From an uncultured Gammaproteobacteria bacterium (GTDB lineage: Bacteria > Pseudomonadota > Gammaproteobacteria > SG8-11), in assembly GCA_964654485.1 (NCBI GenBank), contig CAZZJI010000011.1:1256-65255 (forward strand): DNA of 64,000 bases, given 5' to 3'. Made by a program: the position numbers and the translations under genes. The notes under the pieces were generated by a model that worked only from the letters and a program-made list of their open reading frames with translations, made no database searches and was not told the origin of the DNA. Below, in pieces: positions 16,288-27,511 of the stretch; the first letter of the stretch is position 1, and each line of letters opens with the position of its first letter.

Positions 16288-18837
16288 TTGAAAAAACATT
16301 TTTTTAACAGTTTACGCAATCGATACTTGTCTGCCTCAATCCTTTTGGGGTTAATGGTGCTCACGACCGCGTATTTAACTTATTTGTACGTTAATAACGC
16401 GCGCCAGCAATCTGTTGTTAATCTCGAAACACGCAATCAATTACTTGAACACAGTCGGCTGACACGTAACTCGGTATGGAAAACACGAGAATCACTAGAA
16501 GCATTCTTACTGCAACCAGACAATACCCTTTTTAGAGAAAATGTTTATGAATCAATAAGAGATGCAGCACTGCACTCGCAAGCGCTTACAAAACGATTGC
16601 GGGAAAATGCAGGTGAATATTCGATCGTTTCAAAACAATTACAAAAAACACTAATGGAATTGGAAAAACATGCTGATGTATTGATAGAGACCCATAGTGA
16701 TTCGACAAAACAATACCCCGCCCTGTTTGCCGCAAGAAAATACATGCTCCCTAATCATCGAATATTTTATACCGCTGCATCTCTGGCGCTCGATGAAATA
16801 ATGGAAGAAATTCAGGATAACGAAAATAACGAAAATAATAATGCATATCAAACCTTTGTTGAGGTTCGTCATCTCTGGACGCAGATGATTTCTAATTTTC
16901 GTATGTATCTGGCAAATCGCATGGGGTCGTTTAATAAGGATATTCTGCCGGTACAAGAGAATGAAACAGATATACTCTATGAGGAATTAGTTAATCAATT
17001 GCTCATCCTGAAATCATTGGATGAAGCGGGAGACCTCGGTTTTCAGGCAAGCATATCTCTTGGAGAATTAAACCAGGCCGCGACTGACTGGTATATTGGG
17101 TTTCAGGAAATCAAGCGTATAAATGCATCGGACGAATGGCGTACAGACAGTGCGCTCTTAAGAGAAAACGTACATCCTCTTCTTGAAGCTACTTGGAATT
17201 TATTACTTTCTATTGATATTTCGATCGAAGCATCGGCTAACAATGATGTTAAAAAATTAACTGAAGTAACAAGAAATCAGACACAACTACTGTGGCTCCT
17301 TACAGCACTGGGAATAACTGCCATTATCGCTGGTTTCATATTGCTGGAAAAACAAATTATCAAACCAATTGCAACCGTATCACAAGCATTAAAAGCCAAA
17401 GCCATCGGCGTCGAGGGAACAAACCTACCGGTGACAACGTTACGCGAAACGCAAGATCTGGTTGATGCATACACAGAAATGAATAAACAAGTCAATGCAC
17501 GTCAAGTTGATCTGGAGTATCAGGCGCTTCATGATGATCTTACCGGGCTGCCAAATAGAACATTATTACTTGATCGTCTACAGCAGGCGATTTTTACTTC
17601 GCGGCGCGAACATAACCGTTTGGGGCTGTTAATAATGGATCTTGACGGATTTAAAGAGGTCAATGACACTGTCGGTCATCAGGTTGGCGATGCCTTATTA
17701 AAAGAAGTGGGTGTCAGACTGCTCATGACTATCCGAGAAATGGATACGGTCGCACGTTTAGGGGGTGATGAATTCGCCGTTTTACTGCCTGACTCAGACG
17801 ATGCACGCGCCATGAAAGTCGCAGTAAAAATCAGAGAAGCGTTAGAGGCAGTGTTTGAAATTGATGATTTGCGTTTGTATATCGGCGCCAGCATCGGCGT
17901 TGCCATATACCCTAAAAATGGCACACGCGCTGAAACCTTGATTCAGCGTGCAGACGTCGCCATGTATGTTGCCAAAAGAAATAAATCAGGACAAGCGCTT
18001 TATAATCCCAAAGAAGACCAACATAGTGTGGGACGACTTGCATTGATGAGTGATCTGCGTCATGCCCTGGATCTTGATTCGTTGCAGCTACATTATCAGC
18101 CAAAAATTAATATTAAAACCAACGAAATAGTCGGCGTTGAAGCCCTGCTTCGATGGGATCACCCAAAAATTGGCGCCATTGCCCCAGATGAAATTATTCC
18201 TCTTGCTGAACAAACGGGCCTAATCAAACCACTAACGCTCTGGGTACTTAATCATGCGATCAAGCAAAATAAAACTTGGTTACGCAATAATATTAAGTTT
18301 CGAGTTGCAGTTAATTTATCTGTATATAACCTGCAGGATCAGGAGTTTATAGAGCAATTAAAAACGTCTCTGGATTTATATAACTTATCGCCAGAATTTA
18401 TAAACCTGGAAATAACTGAAAGTACGATGATGGCGAATCCCACTCACGCGGTGGATATTCTGAAACAACTTGAATCCATGGGTGTAAAAATTTCTATTGA
18501 TGATTTTGGTACTGGCTTTTCGTCGTTAGCCTATCTGAAACAATTACCTGTTGAAGAGCTTAAAATTGACAAGTCTTTTGTGATTAATATGACCACAGAT
18601 GACGATGATGCCGTCATCGTTCGTTCAACTATTGATCTAGCTCACAACCTTGGTCTAAAGGTCGTCGCCGAAGGTGTAGAATCAAAAGATGTATACAACT
18701 TACTGAAAATGCTGGGCTGTGATATGGCTCAAGGTACGTATCTCGGCGCACCCATGTCTGCTGCCGCACTTGAAAAGTGGTTAGATAAACGAATCCAGCA
18801 TGATGGAAACCAGAATATAGTGAAAATTATCAAATAA
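16288..18837 (+). CDS. Membrane sensor with GGDEF (diguanylate cyclase) and EAL (phosphodiesterase) domains
   Basis: Two TM helices flank a helical N-terminal region of about 300 aa. The GGDEF motif is intact (RLGGDEFAVLL). EAL signatures are intact (EALLRW, DDFGTGFSSL, EGVE). The start codon is TTG. Confidence 0.9.
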   Translation: MKKHFFNSLRNRYLSASILLGLMVLTTAYLTYLYVNNARQQSVVNLETRNQLLEHSRLTRNSVWKTRESLEAFLLQPDNTLFRENVYESIRDAALHSQALTKRLRENAGEYSIVSKQLQKTLMELEKHADVLIETHSDSTKQYPALFAARKYMLPNHRIFYTAASLALDEIMEEIQDNENNENNNAYQTFVEVRHLWTQMISNFRMYLANRMGSFNKDILPVQENETDILYEELVNQLLILKSLDEAGDLGFQASISLGELNQAATDWYIGFQEIKRINASDEWRTDSALLRENVHPLLEATWNLLLSIDISIEASANNDVKKLTEVTRNQTQLLWLLTALGITAIIAGFILLEKQIIKPIATVSQALKAKAIGVEGTNLPVTTLRETQDLVDAYTEMNKQVNARQVDLEYQALHDDLTGLPNRTLLLDRLQQAIFTSRREHNRLGLLIMDLDGFKEVNDTVGHQVGDALLKEVGVRLLMTIREMDTVARLGGDEFAVLLPDSDDARAMKVAVKIREALEAVFEIDDLRLYIGASIGVAIYPKNGTRAETLIQRADVAMYVAKRNKSGQALYNPKEDQHSVGRLALMSDLRHALDLDSLQLHYQPKINIKTNEIVGVEALLRWDHPKIGAIAPDEIIPLAEQTGLIKPLTLWVLNHAIKQNKTWLRNNIKFRVAVNLSVYNLQDQEFIEQLKTSLDLYNLSPEFINLEITESTMMANPTHAVDILKQLESMGVKISIDDFGTGFSSLAYLKQLPVEELKIDKSFVINMTTDDDDAVIVRSTIDLAHNLGLKVVAEGVESKDVYNLLKMLGCDMAQGTYLGAPMSAAALEKWLDKRIQHDGNQNIVKIIK

Positions 18838-18871
18838 TTACTTTTACCTGTTAAAAATAACTTGTAAAAAA

Positions 18872-21800
18872 CTACCGGTAAATAAGCTGCACGTTGCTTT
18901 TGGTTAAACTATCAGTTGAACTATCGGCCGGGGTATCGTTGTGGCTTGTGCTCAAAAGTTCTTTTAAACGACCCAGTAAAACCTCCGTGGGACTAACACG
19001 CCACTCCTTGCCTAATACCAATGGTGCATCTGCAGAATCACTTTTATATTGAATAACGACCGGACAACGCCCACTACAATGGGGTGTCAAAATATTTTTC
19101 AGCCGACTAACAAAGGATTTATCCATTAACTGGATATTCAGATGAAGAACCAATCTCTTGGCATAGAGCGATAATGCGCTATCGAAGTCATATATATCTT
19201 TTATATTCGCCCTGTATTCACTGGTTCTTCTGTCCTTCCCTACTTCTCCCGTTACCACAATTAGTTTATCTTTTACCAGTAAATCAGAATAAAGTTGGTA
19301 AATCTTCGGTGGCACAGAAAATTCAACTGGCCCACTACGATCGTTCAGCGTAATAAATGCCATTCGATCACCACTTCTCGTACGGATGGTGCTCATCGGA
19401 AAAATCAAACCCGCAACAACGAAACTATACTCACCAGTTAGCTTTAATTCGGCGGTCCGTACGGTAGCTATATTTTCTAATTCAGACTTATAGCGGTTCA
19501 TTGGGTGTCCGGTAAAATAGTAACCTAACGTTTCTTTTTCGCCCGCTAAACGCTCTTCTTCACTCCATTTTGTTTTTTGCGCATAAGGCAATGCCTTATT
19601 CAGTGGTTGCTCCGTTATGGCTGACGCATCTATAACACTACCGAATAAATCATTTTGCCCGCTATCCTGATCACGCGCGCACTTTTCCGCTAACTGGGTA
19701 GCGGTAGATATTGATGCGACCATTGTTGCCCGATTTGCACCCAGCCCATCCAGTGCGCCCGCCCTAATGAGAGCCTCTAATGTACGGCGATTAGTCTTGC
19801 GTAAATCTATGCGCTGACAAAAATCAAAAAGGTGCTTATACGCACCATGCGCGCTGCGTTCATTTACAATATTTTCTATTGCGCCTTCACCTACCCCCTT
19901 AATTGCGCCTAATCCAAAATATATAGTCTTTTCATCTTTTACGGTAAACCGGTAAGCGCAGCTGTTGATATGCGGAATTAATATTTCCAGGCCCATATCA
20001 TTACACTCAGTAAATAGCATGGTCTCCTTGTCTGTGTTGTCCATATCAGATGACAACACTGCAGACATAAACTCAGCAGGATAATGCGCCTTCAACCAGG
20101 CAGTTTGGTACGATACCAACGCATAAGCGGCGGAATGCGATTTATTAAATCCATAGCCTGCAAATTTCTCCATCAAATCGAAAATATATGTCGCTGTTTT
20201 TTCGACGACACCGCGTTCAATTGCGCCTTTGGTAAAAATATCGCGTTGTTTTGCCATCTCTTCCGGTTTTTTCTTACCCATTGCGCGCCGCAACATATCC
20301 GCGGCGCCTAATGTATAACCCGCCAGCAGCTGTGCGATTTGCATAACCTGTTCTTGATAGAGTATGACGCCGTAAGTGGGTTTTAATATGGGTTCAATAT
20401 CGGGATGGGGGTAATCGACTTTGGCGCCGTGTTTTCGATCAATAAAGTCGTCTACCATCCCCGACTGCAATGGCCCAGGCCGGAACAGTGCGACCAACGC
20501 AATAATTTCATCAAATGAGTCGGGTTGCAGCCGCTTAATGAGTTCTTTCATGCCACGCGATTCCAACTGAAACACCGCGGTTGTCGCACATGCCTTTAAT
20601 AAATCAAAAGTTGCTTTGTCATCAAGCTCGATCGCATTGATATCAAGAACAGGCTTAGCGCTTGATTTATTTTTATCGTTAATTATCTGTATTGCCCAGT
20701 CAATAATAGTCAGTGTACGCAAGCCAAGAAAGTCAAACTTGACCAGGCCGACAGATTCCACATCATCTTTATCAAATTGGGTTACCAGCGCACCCCCACC
20801 CTGCTCGCAATACAGCGGTGTAAAATCAGTAAGTTCAGATGGTGCAATCACAACACCACCGGCGTGTTTACCTGCATTACGGGTAATCCCTTCCAATGAT
20901 TTAGCCAGATCAATCAATGTCTGAACATCATCATCCTCGCGGTATCGATCGCGCAGCGCTTCTTCGGTTTCAATTGCTTTATCCAGCGTGATGCCGACCT
21001 CAAACGGGATGAGTTTTGCAATCTGATCAACGAAACCATAAGGGAAGCCTAAAACGCGTCCGACATCGCGCACCACCGCTTTTGCAGCCATGGTGCCGTA
21101 GGTAATAATTTGCGACACTTTTTCGCGGCCATAATGTTCGGCCACATATTCAATGACACGATCACGTCCTTCCATGCAAAAATCCACATCGAAATCCGGC
21201 ATGGAAACACGCTCGGGATTTAGAAATCGTTCGAAAAGCAGTTCGTATTTAATCGGATCCAGATCAGTAATGCCCAACGCGTATGCCACTAGCGAGCCTG
21301 CACCCGAACCACGTCCCGGTCCGACGGGTACACCATTGTCTCTAGCCCACTGAATAAAATCAGCAACGATGAGAAAATAACCGGGGAAACCCATTTTATT
21401 GATAACACCCAATTCCAGCTCCAGGCGTTCGTCGTAACAAACGCGCTGTTGCGCAAAATCTGCGGCAGATATATCAAACAAATAAGCCAAGCGTTTTTCC
21501 AAACCCGCCTGTGAATGTTGTTGTAAATATTGCTCGATTGTCAGACCGTCAGGTACTGGAAAGTCAGGTAAATAATTTTTACCCAAAGATAATTCAAGGC
21601 TACAGCGTTTGGCGATATGCACGGTGTTTTCGATCGCTTCGGGAATATCTTCAAATAAGGCGATCATTTCCTCTGGCGAACGCAAATATTGTTGCTCAGA
21701 AAAAAGCTTGGGGCGACGCGGATCGTCAAGCGTGCGGCCATCGTGAATACACACCCGTGCTTCATGCGCTTCAAAATCATCGCGACTAATAAAATGCACA

Positions 21801-22399
21801 TCATTGGTCGCCACAACTGGCGCGCCTAATTCCGTTGCCAGACCGACGGCAGCATGAATATAAGCTTCTTCATTTTGTCGCCCGGTGCGCTGCAATTCGA
21901 GATAAAATCGATTGGGGAACAAAGCCAACCATTGCGATAATAATTGCCGTGCCTGTGACTGATTATCACTGAGCAAGGCCTGACCCACGTCCCCGGCCAG
22001 CCCGCCGGATAAGGCGATTAAACCCTCACTGGCGCCCTGCAACCAGGATTTTTTCAACATGGGCACACCCAGGTGCTGTCCCTCAATATAGGTACGCGAA
22101 ACCAGGCGAGTGAGGTTCAAATAGCCTTCACGATTCTGGCAAAGTAATAACAAGCGTGTCGGCTGGCTTGGCTGTTGCTCATTGTAAATCTGGAAATCAA
22201 CACCGATAAGCGGCTTAATACCCGCCTGCAACGCCGCACGATAAAATTTCACCATGCCGAACAGATTCGACAAATCTGTCATCGCGATCGCTGGCATCGC
22301 CAAATCAGCCGTTTTTTTCATCAGCGGTTTGACGCGCACAATGCCGTTGGCGATAGAATATTCAGTGTGCAGGTGTAAATGAACAAATGAGGGTGTCAT
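18872..22399 (-). CDS. dnaE: DNA polymerase III alpha subunit
   Basis: 1175 aa with a PHP-domain N-terminus (FVHLHLHTEYS), polymerase core motifs and an OB-fold C-terminus. Confidence 0.97.
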   Translation of the reverse strand: MTPSFVHLHLHTEYSIANGIVRVKPLMKKTADLAMPAIAMTDLSNLFGMVKFYRAALQAGIKPLIGVDFQIYNEQQPSQPTRLLLLCQNREGYLNLTRLVSRTYIEGQHLGVPMLKKSWLQGASEGLIALSGGLAGDVGQALLSDNQSQARQLLSQWLALFPNRFYLELQRTGRQNEEAYIHAAVGLATELGAPVVATNDVHFISRDDFEAHEARVCIHDGRTLDDPRRPKLFSEQQYLRSPEEMIALFEDIPEAIENTVHIAKRCSLELSLGKNYLPDFPVPDGLTIEQYLQQHSQAGLEKRLAYLFDISAADFAQQRVCYDERLELELGVINKMGFPGYFLIVADFIQWARDNGVPVGPGRGSGAGSLVAYALGITDLDPIKYELLFERFLNPERVSMPDFDVDFCMEGRDRVIEYVAEHYGREKVSQIITYGTMAAKAVVRDVGRVLGFPYGFVDQIAKLIPFEVGITLDKAIETEEALRDRYREDDDVQTLIDLAKSLEGITRNAGKHAGGVVIAPSELTDFTPLYCEQGGGALVTQFDKDDVESVGLVKFDFLGLRTLTIIDWAIQIINDKNKSSAKPVLDINAIELDDKATFDLLKACATTAVFQLESRGMKELIKRLQPDSFDEIIALVALFRPGPLQSGMVDDFIDRKHGAKVDYPHPDIEPILKPTYGVILYQEQVMQIAQLLAGYTLGAADMLRRAMGKKKPEEMAKQRDIFTKGAIERGVVEKTATYIFDLMEKFAGYGFNKSHSAAYALVSYQTAWLKAHYPAEFMSAVLSSDMDNTDKETMLFTECNDMGLEILIPHINSCAYRFTVKDEKTIYFGLGAIKGVGEGAIENIVNERSAHGAYKHLFDFCQRIDLRKTNRRTLEALIRAGALDGLGANRATMVASISTATQLAEKCARDQDSGQNDLFGSVIDASAITEQPLNKALPYAQKTKWSEEERLAGEKETLGYYFTGHPMNRYKSELENIATVRTAELKLTGEYSFVVAGLIFPMSTIRTRSGDRMAFITLNDRSGPVEFSVPPKIYQLYSDLLVKDKLIVVTGEVGKDRRTSEYRANIKDIYDFDSALSLYAKRLVLHLNIQLMDKSFVSRLKNILTPHCSGRCPVVIQYKSDSADAPLVLGKEWRVSPTEVLLGRLKELLSTSHNDTPADSSTDSLTKSNVQLIYR

Positions 22400-22526
22400 G
22401 GCGCTAGTTTCAGAGTTTGTCGGGAAACTTGCAAGTACTCAAACCAATTAAAAGCCGCTTGGTGACTAGTTATTCACAAAGTTAGAAATGACTGTAAAAA
22501 AAGACTGTATCTGCCTGGTATTCGAT

Positions 22527-23129
22527 TTAAAAACTATCGGAAATTACAACGTTCTCCAGAGAAAGCTGTCCGGGCCTCGGCCATGCCGCTTTCGTTCCTT
22601 TTCCGATTGCGACAAACATCGCGATGACATGATCTTCCGGTAATTTAATCAGCTTGGCCACTTCATCGAAGTTAAAGCCGTCCATCGGGCAGGAATCATA
22701 TCCCAGTGATTTCGCCGCGAGCATTAAAGTCTGCGCAACAATTCCACAGGATCTCATCGCCTCATCCCGTTGTACCTGCTCCCGGTCACGGTAATAGCTA
22801 TCTATTGCTGGCAGCATAAAATCCTGGATTTCTTTTGGCGCCTGATCCCAATAACGCTCAGGTTGTTTTTCCCACGACTTCAGATCGGCGCAAAGAACAA
22901 TAAATAAAGACGCATCTGTAACCTGCGCCTGATCCCAGGAAACCGCCCGTATTTTTTCTCTCATCCCCGCATCGCGCACCACAACAAAACGCCAATTCTG
23001 TATGTTAAAGGCGGTTGGCGACAAAATTGCCAGCGATAACAGTTCCGTTATTTCGTCTTCTGTCATGCGATGCTGTGGATCGTAATGTTTGACTGCGCGG
23101 CGGGATCTGATTGCTTCTTTAGTGTGCAT
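22527..23129 (-). CDS. Nitroreductase-family oxidoreductase
   Basis: The N-terminal RRAVKHYD motif and nitroreductase-fold length are present. I prefer the ATG at 23129, which has SD GAGGAA 6 nt upstream, over the GTG at 23147. Confidence 0.85.
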   Translation of the reverse strand: MHTKEAIRSRRAVKHYDPQHRMTEDEITELLSLAILSPTAFNIQNWRFVVVRDAGMREKIRAVSWDQAQVTDASLFIVLCADLKSWEKQPERYWDQAPKEIQDFMLPAIDSYYRDREQVQRDEAMRSCGIVAQTLMLAAKSLGYDSCPMDGFNFDEVAKLIKLPEDHVIAMFVAIGKGTKAAWPRPGQLSLENVVISDSF

Positions 23130-23166
23130 ATTTATTCCTCTGTTCACAGAAAATGGCTACTGATGG

Positions 23167-25680
23167 CTACTGTATAAGATTTAACTCGACAATAACAGGA
23201 TCATGATCTGATGCCCGGTAGGCGTCACCGTTGTACAGTTCGCTCAGTTGGTTTGTTGATTTAAACTCCTCGTTATAATCAAGCACACGCGGTTCATCGG
23301 CATTGATATGCCAGTGTGTGGCTGCAGTGACCTGAGCAGTTAAACTCGGACTCGCCAGAACATGATCCAGGGTACCGGATTGCCCGCTGAAGACAAACGA
23401 ATAAGCCCCGCTACCTACCTGTCTGGCAATCAGGTCGCTGAATCCGGCGGCCAGTATGGCGCTGATAGGATCTTCCTTGGCGTAGGCATTAAGATCGCCA
23501 ATGATCAGCACATCGTTGTCGTTGCTAGCGGTTGGATCAGTCGCCAGCCAGTCCATCATCGCCGCGGCGGCGCGAGTGCGCGTCAAATTGCAATTGCCCT
23601 GTCCGTCACCGCCATCCGGATCGCCAATACTGGCGCAACTGGAACCCTTCGATTTCAGATGGTTGACGGCAACCGTCAGGCGACCGCCCGTGGCTATTTC
23701 GACAAAGGTTTGTGCAAGCGTAGGGCGGTTATTCTGATCGTCAAAACGCTTATCGACAGATGAATCCAGTATCGCCGCTATGCCTGTCGCTAAAACCGTC
23801 TCGTTACGATAAATAAAACCGACAGCAATTGCATCCGTACCGATGCGGGATATACCTGGATTAATAAAACGATAACTAGTCCCCGCTGGCGCGACGGCAT
23901 TCAGGCCATTCATCAGGTCCTGGATTGCGCTATTGGCCCGATAACCATCGTTTTCCAATTCCACCAAGCCGATGATATCCGCCTGCATCGCACTGATCGC
24001 CGCGATGATCTTGTTACGTTGACGAGTGAATTCTGCGGCGCTATCCGCGCCGCGTGCTGTTGGATACCCCCCTCCCCGGCCATCACCATTGAAATAGTTC
24101 AACACATTGAAGCTCGCCACACGCAGACTGCCGGTTGCGGGTAATGTGGGTAGCGTCTTACGTGGATTGCTTGCCACAAACAGCGGCGCCTGCGTTGGAT
24201 GTACTCGATAGGCACCGGCTGTATAAGCGACCACACCGGTGACACCACTCACCGTGTCGTTATTGCGTAGGGTATCAAATGCGGTGAGTCTGCTGCCAGG
24301 GTAAACAATCGGATCCGCATTCTGGGATGAATTACCGTCGTCTATTACCAACCGGTTTAAATCATTGGCTGCCTGCATTGCTTTTGCATTGACTCCCGGA
24401 CTCACAATATTGGTCGGTATAAACAAACGACCACTCGATGACACGATCACTTCACCGAAGCGACCAAGATTGAAATTATCCGTCACGGTCAGAGTCTGTG
24501 GCAAATGGATCAACATACCTTCGTAACGCTCCATCGTTGTCTTACTGGCAAAAGGCAAAATAACGTTTGTCGCTGGCAGGTTGACGCCGCTGGCACATAC
24601 CTTAACCGAACTTACGGCGTTGATTTCTGTCAGCCCAAAATGCTCGGCAACCGTGCCGCTAACACGCACCACATCGCCTACGGCGACATTGACACCAAAC
24701 CCCTTGTCGAAAATAAACAATCCTTCCGATGTCATGGCATTTGCATCCGTATCTGCGGTCTCTTCTTGGATAAAAAATCCGGACAGGCCGGTAACAGTAT
24801 CTTGAAAATCACCCACCACCAGCGCCTCGGCAGTTATAATCTGTCCCAGCAGTGGGCTGGTTTCAGTATTTCCCTGGATGGAGTGGATAAAATTAGCAGG
24901 TGATCCACAGGCGGCGTTAAGTACACAGGCATTAGCCTGCCCCGGTGTTGCCGTCCTTTGCTGAAAAGCGCTGCTATTACGCCGCCCACCCGCACCATTT
25001 GCACAACGCTGGTTGGAATGCGCATTCTTGTTGCCGTTAGCATCTTCATTGAGCTGAGGTTCATCGGCATTAAGTAATGTTAACAAACCGGGATCATCTG
25101 CATCATTCGTATCATAGACAACGGCATCAAGTAGGTTCAGCAATGACACAGAACTGCCATTCGGAAAATTAGCCGCATCGGCTTGATAAAGCGCCACCGC
25201 ATCGGCGCCGTTTTGCAACTGACCGTTCGCTATAACCAGATCCACGCCCGCAACGCTGGCGTTGCCTATCACAAAATAACCCGCCGCATTGGTTTGCGAC
25301 CCGTCCAGATCGTAGGCGGCATACACCACATCGCCACTGCCTTTGCCGCTACCGTTATACAGAACGAGTACATAGTCACTGAGATCCTGATTACCGGCAC
25401 CACCATCAAATAATTCGACAAACTCAGCCATATCAGTACCCAGCGAATCGGCATCGACTTCATTTATCACCAATTGCCCGGCAGGCGCAGGAGTACCGCC
25501 ACTGTTGGCAGTATCATTATAAAATTCAAGCGCTTTGTTATAACGACTGCCCTCGACATATTCTGATATATACAAATCATTAGCCACATTAACTTGCGTT
25601 GGCAGGCAGAATAGAAAAAAGACTGTAGAAATAATTTTTGTTATTGTTCGCTTCGTTATTGTTTGCTTCATAGATAGCAT
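23167..25680 (-). CDS. Extracellular nuclease, ExeM/NucH-like (lamin-tail domains plus endonuclease/exonuclease/phosphatase domain)
   Basis: A signal peptide is followed by two LTD-like segments (LYISEYVEGS…, LVINEVDADS…AEFVELFD) and a C-terminal EEP domain ending …YRASDHDPVIVELN. Confidence 0.85.
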   Translation of the reverse strand: MLSMKQTITKRTITKIISTVFFLFCLPTQVNVANDLYISEYVEGSRYNKALEFYNDTANSGGTPAPAGQLVINEVDADSLGTDMAEFVELFDGGAGNQDLSDYVLVLYNGSGKGSGDVVYAAYDLDGSQTNAAGYFVIGNASVAGVDLVIANGQLQNGADAVALYQADAANFPNGSSVSLLNLLDAVVYDTNDADDPGLLTLLNADEPQLNEDANGNKNAHSNQRCANGAGGRRNSSAFQQRTATPGQANACVLNAACGSPANFIHSIQGNTETSPLLGQIITAEALVVGDFQDTVTGLSGFFIQEETADTDANAMTSEGLFIFDKGFGVNVAVGDVVRVSGTVAEHFGLTEINAVSSVKVCASGVNLPATNVILPFASKTTMERYEGMLIHLPQTLTVTDNFNLGRFGEVIVSSSGRLFIPTNIVSPGVNAKAMQAANDLNRLVIDDGNSSQNADPIVYPGSRLTAFDTLRNNDTVSGVTGVVAYTAGAYRVHPTQAPLFVASNPRKTLPTLPATGSLRVASFNVLNYFNGDGRGGGYPTARGADSAAEFTRQRNKIIAAISAMQADIIGLVELENDGYRANSAIQDLMNGLNAVAPAGTSYRFINPGISRIGTDAIAVGFIYRNETVLATGIAAILDSSVDKRFDDQNNRPTLAQTFVEIATGGRLTVAVNHLKSKGSSCASIGDPDGGDGQGNCNLTRTRAAAAMMDWLATDPTASNDNDVLIIGDLNAYAKEDPISAILAAGFSDLIARQVGSGAYSFVFSGQSGTLDHVLASPSLTAQVTAATHWHINADEPRVLDYNEEFKSTNQLSELYNGDAYRASDHDPVIVELNLIQ

Positions 25681-25682
25681 TT

Positions 25683-26276
25683 CTATGTTAAAAGTCGTCT
25701 TACCGGAGCAAATGTACGCCGGTGATGCGGTGTGACACCCAGTTCCGACAGTGCTTTTATATGTTGCTTGGTGGGATAACCTTTGTGTTTTGCTAAACCA
25801 TAACCAGGGAACGATTTATCCATAACGACCATTTCAGCATCGCGAGCGACTTTAGCAATAATAGAAGCCGCACTAATAACCGGCACAGTTAAATCGCCTT
25901 TAATGATCGCTTCTGCAGTACAGGCTAAATTGGGTAATCGGTTTCCATCTACAAGCGCATGGTCTGGTTTTATGGATAAACTCTCGATTGCTCTTTGCAT
26001 GGCAAGCAGACTGGCTTGCAGGATATTAATGTCATCGATTTCATCGACTTCCGCTCGACCCAACGACCAGGCCAACGCGTTTTTCTTGATGAGTGCATTA
26101 AAGTGTTGTCGCTGAGTTTCATTGAGGGCTTTAGAATCGGTCAAACCTTCGATGGGGCACAACGGATCCAGTATAACTGCTGCTGCGACCACTGGCCCGG
26201 CAAGTGGACCACGCCCTACCTCGTCGACACCCGCGATCAGCATTGTTGGCCCACATCTGGAATTTTGTTGAGTCAT
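25683..26276 (-). CDS. rnhB: Ribonuclease HII
   Basis: The [19 protein letters not shown] motif is present. Synteny downstream of lpxB supports the call. Confidence 0.95.
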   Translation of the reverse strand: MTQQNSRCGPTMLIAGVDEVGRGPLAGPVVAAAVILDPLCPIEGLTDSKALNETQRQHFNALIKKNALAWSLGRAEVDEIDDINILQASLLAMQRAIESLSIKPDHALVDGNRLPNLACTAEAIIKGDLTVPVISAASIIAKVARDAEMVVMDKSFPGYGLAKHKGYPTKQHIKALSELGVTPHHRRTFAPVRRLLT

Positions 26277-27418
26277 TTTGATGAGTTTATTAGTTGCAAA
26301 ATTGCTTTAGCAGCAGTATCGCTCGCATTTTTTTTCAACATAGAGTGAATTTCTGTAAATTTGACTTTCAATTGCTTTATTTTTTCCGGGTTATCAAATA
26401 ACACCAACAGGTTGCTTGCAATCGCATCGGCAGTAATCTCTTCTTGTATGAGTTCTTTGATCAGGGTTTCGCTGGACAACAAATTCGGTAATGTGAAATT
26501 CTTTACTTTGATCATATTAAACAGGCGCACGATCATTGCGGTGATGGGCGAAACGCGGTAACACGCAACCATGGGTTTTTTTAATAACATCGCTTCAAGT
26601 GCTGCTGTACCAGATGCCAATAGAATGATATCTGCTGCCGCCATCACGCCGTGCGAGTTACCATCAATGATGCTGATGGGAAAATCTACTTTATGTTTTT
26701 CTAATGCCTGTTCAAATAATTTTCTGATCTTGCCATTCACCATCGGCGTGACAAAACGTATGCTGGGTCTTTTTTGATAAAGAAGCTTTGCACCTGCTAT
26801 AAAATCATCGGCCATGTAATGTAATTCTTTTACCCTGCTGCCAGGAAGTATGGCAACGATCTCAGTATCATTAGGTAGATTTAATTTTTCACGGGCGGCA
26901 AGTGTATCAGGGACCAATGGAATAGTATCGGCCGATGTATGGCCAACGAAGGTAACTGGTATATTGTATTTTTTGTAAAAATCGACTTCAAAAGGAAACA
27001 AGACTAACATTAAGTCCATTGATTGAACTATTTTTTTGATCCGGTATTCGCGCCACGCCCAAATCGATGGGCTGACGTAGTGTACTGTTTTTATATTTGC
27101 CTGCTTTAATGCGCGTTCCACAGCAAAATTAAAATCAGGCGCATCTATACCGATAAACACATCCGGCGGATCGTTTATAAAACGCTGGATAATTTGCTTG
27201 CGAATATTGAGTAATTCGCGAAAGCGGCTTAAGGGTTCGATTAAACCCATAACAGACAGACGTTCCATCGGGAAAAATGATTCGCAACCCTGTGCAATCA
27301 TCTTCGGCCCCCCAATACCTTCAAAATGCACATCAGGCTGGTGTTTTTTTAGGGCCTCGATAAGACCGGCTCCTAATAAATCACCCGACGCTTCACCGGC
27401 CACAATGCCTATTCTCAT
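26273..27418 (-). CDS. lpxB: Lipid-A-disaccharide synthase
   Basis: The N-terminus reads [12 protein letters not shown]. Length 381 aa. Synteny lpxA-lpxB-rnhB. Confidence 0.95.
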   Translation of the reverse strand: MRIGIVAGEASGDLLGAGLIEALKKHQPDVHFEGIGGPKMIAQGCESFFPMERLSVMGLIEPLSRFRELLNIRKQIIQRFINDPPDVFIGIDAPDFNFAVERALKQANIKTVHYVSPSIWAWREYRIKKIVQSMDLMLVLFPFEVDFYKKYNIPVTFVGHTSADTIPLVPDTLAAREKLNLPNDTEIVAILPGSRVKELHYMADDFIAGAKLLYQKRPSIRFVTPMVNGKIRKLFEQALEKHKVDFPISIIDGNSHGVMAAADIILLASGTAALEAMLLKKPMVACYRVSPITAMIVRLFNMIKVKNFTLPNLLSSETLIKELIQEEITADAIASNLLVLFDNPEKIKQLKVKFTEIHSMLKKNASDTAAKAILQLINSSK

Positions 27419-27511
27419 AAACCCGTTTTCATATTGCCTTCTTTATAAATCAAAGGTTATAAATCAATGGTTGTAAATCTATAACTATTAATCTGCAGCT
27501 ATTAATAGGAT

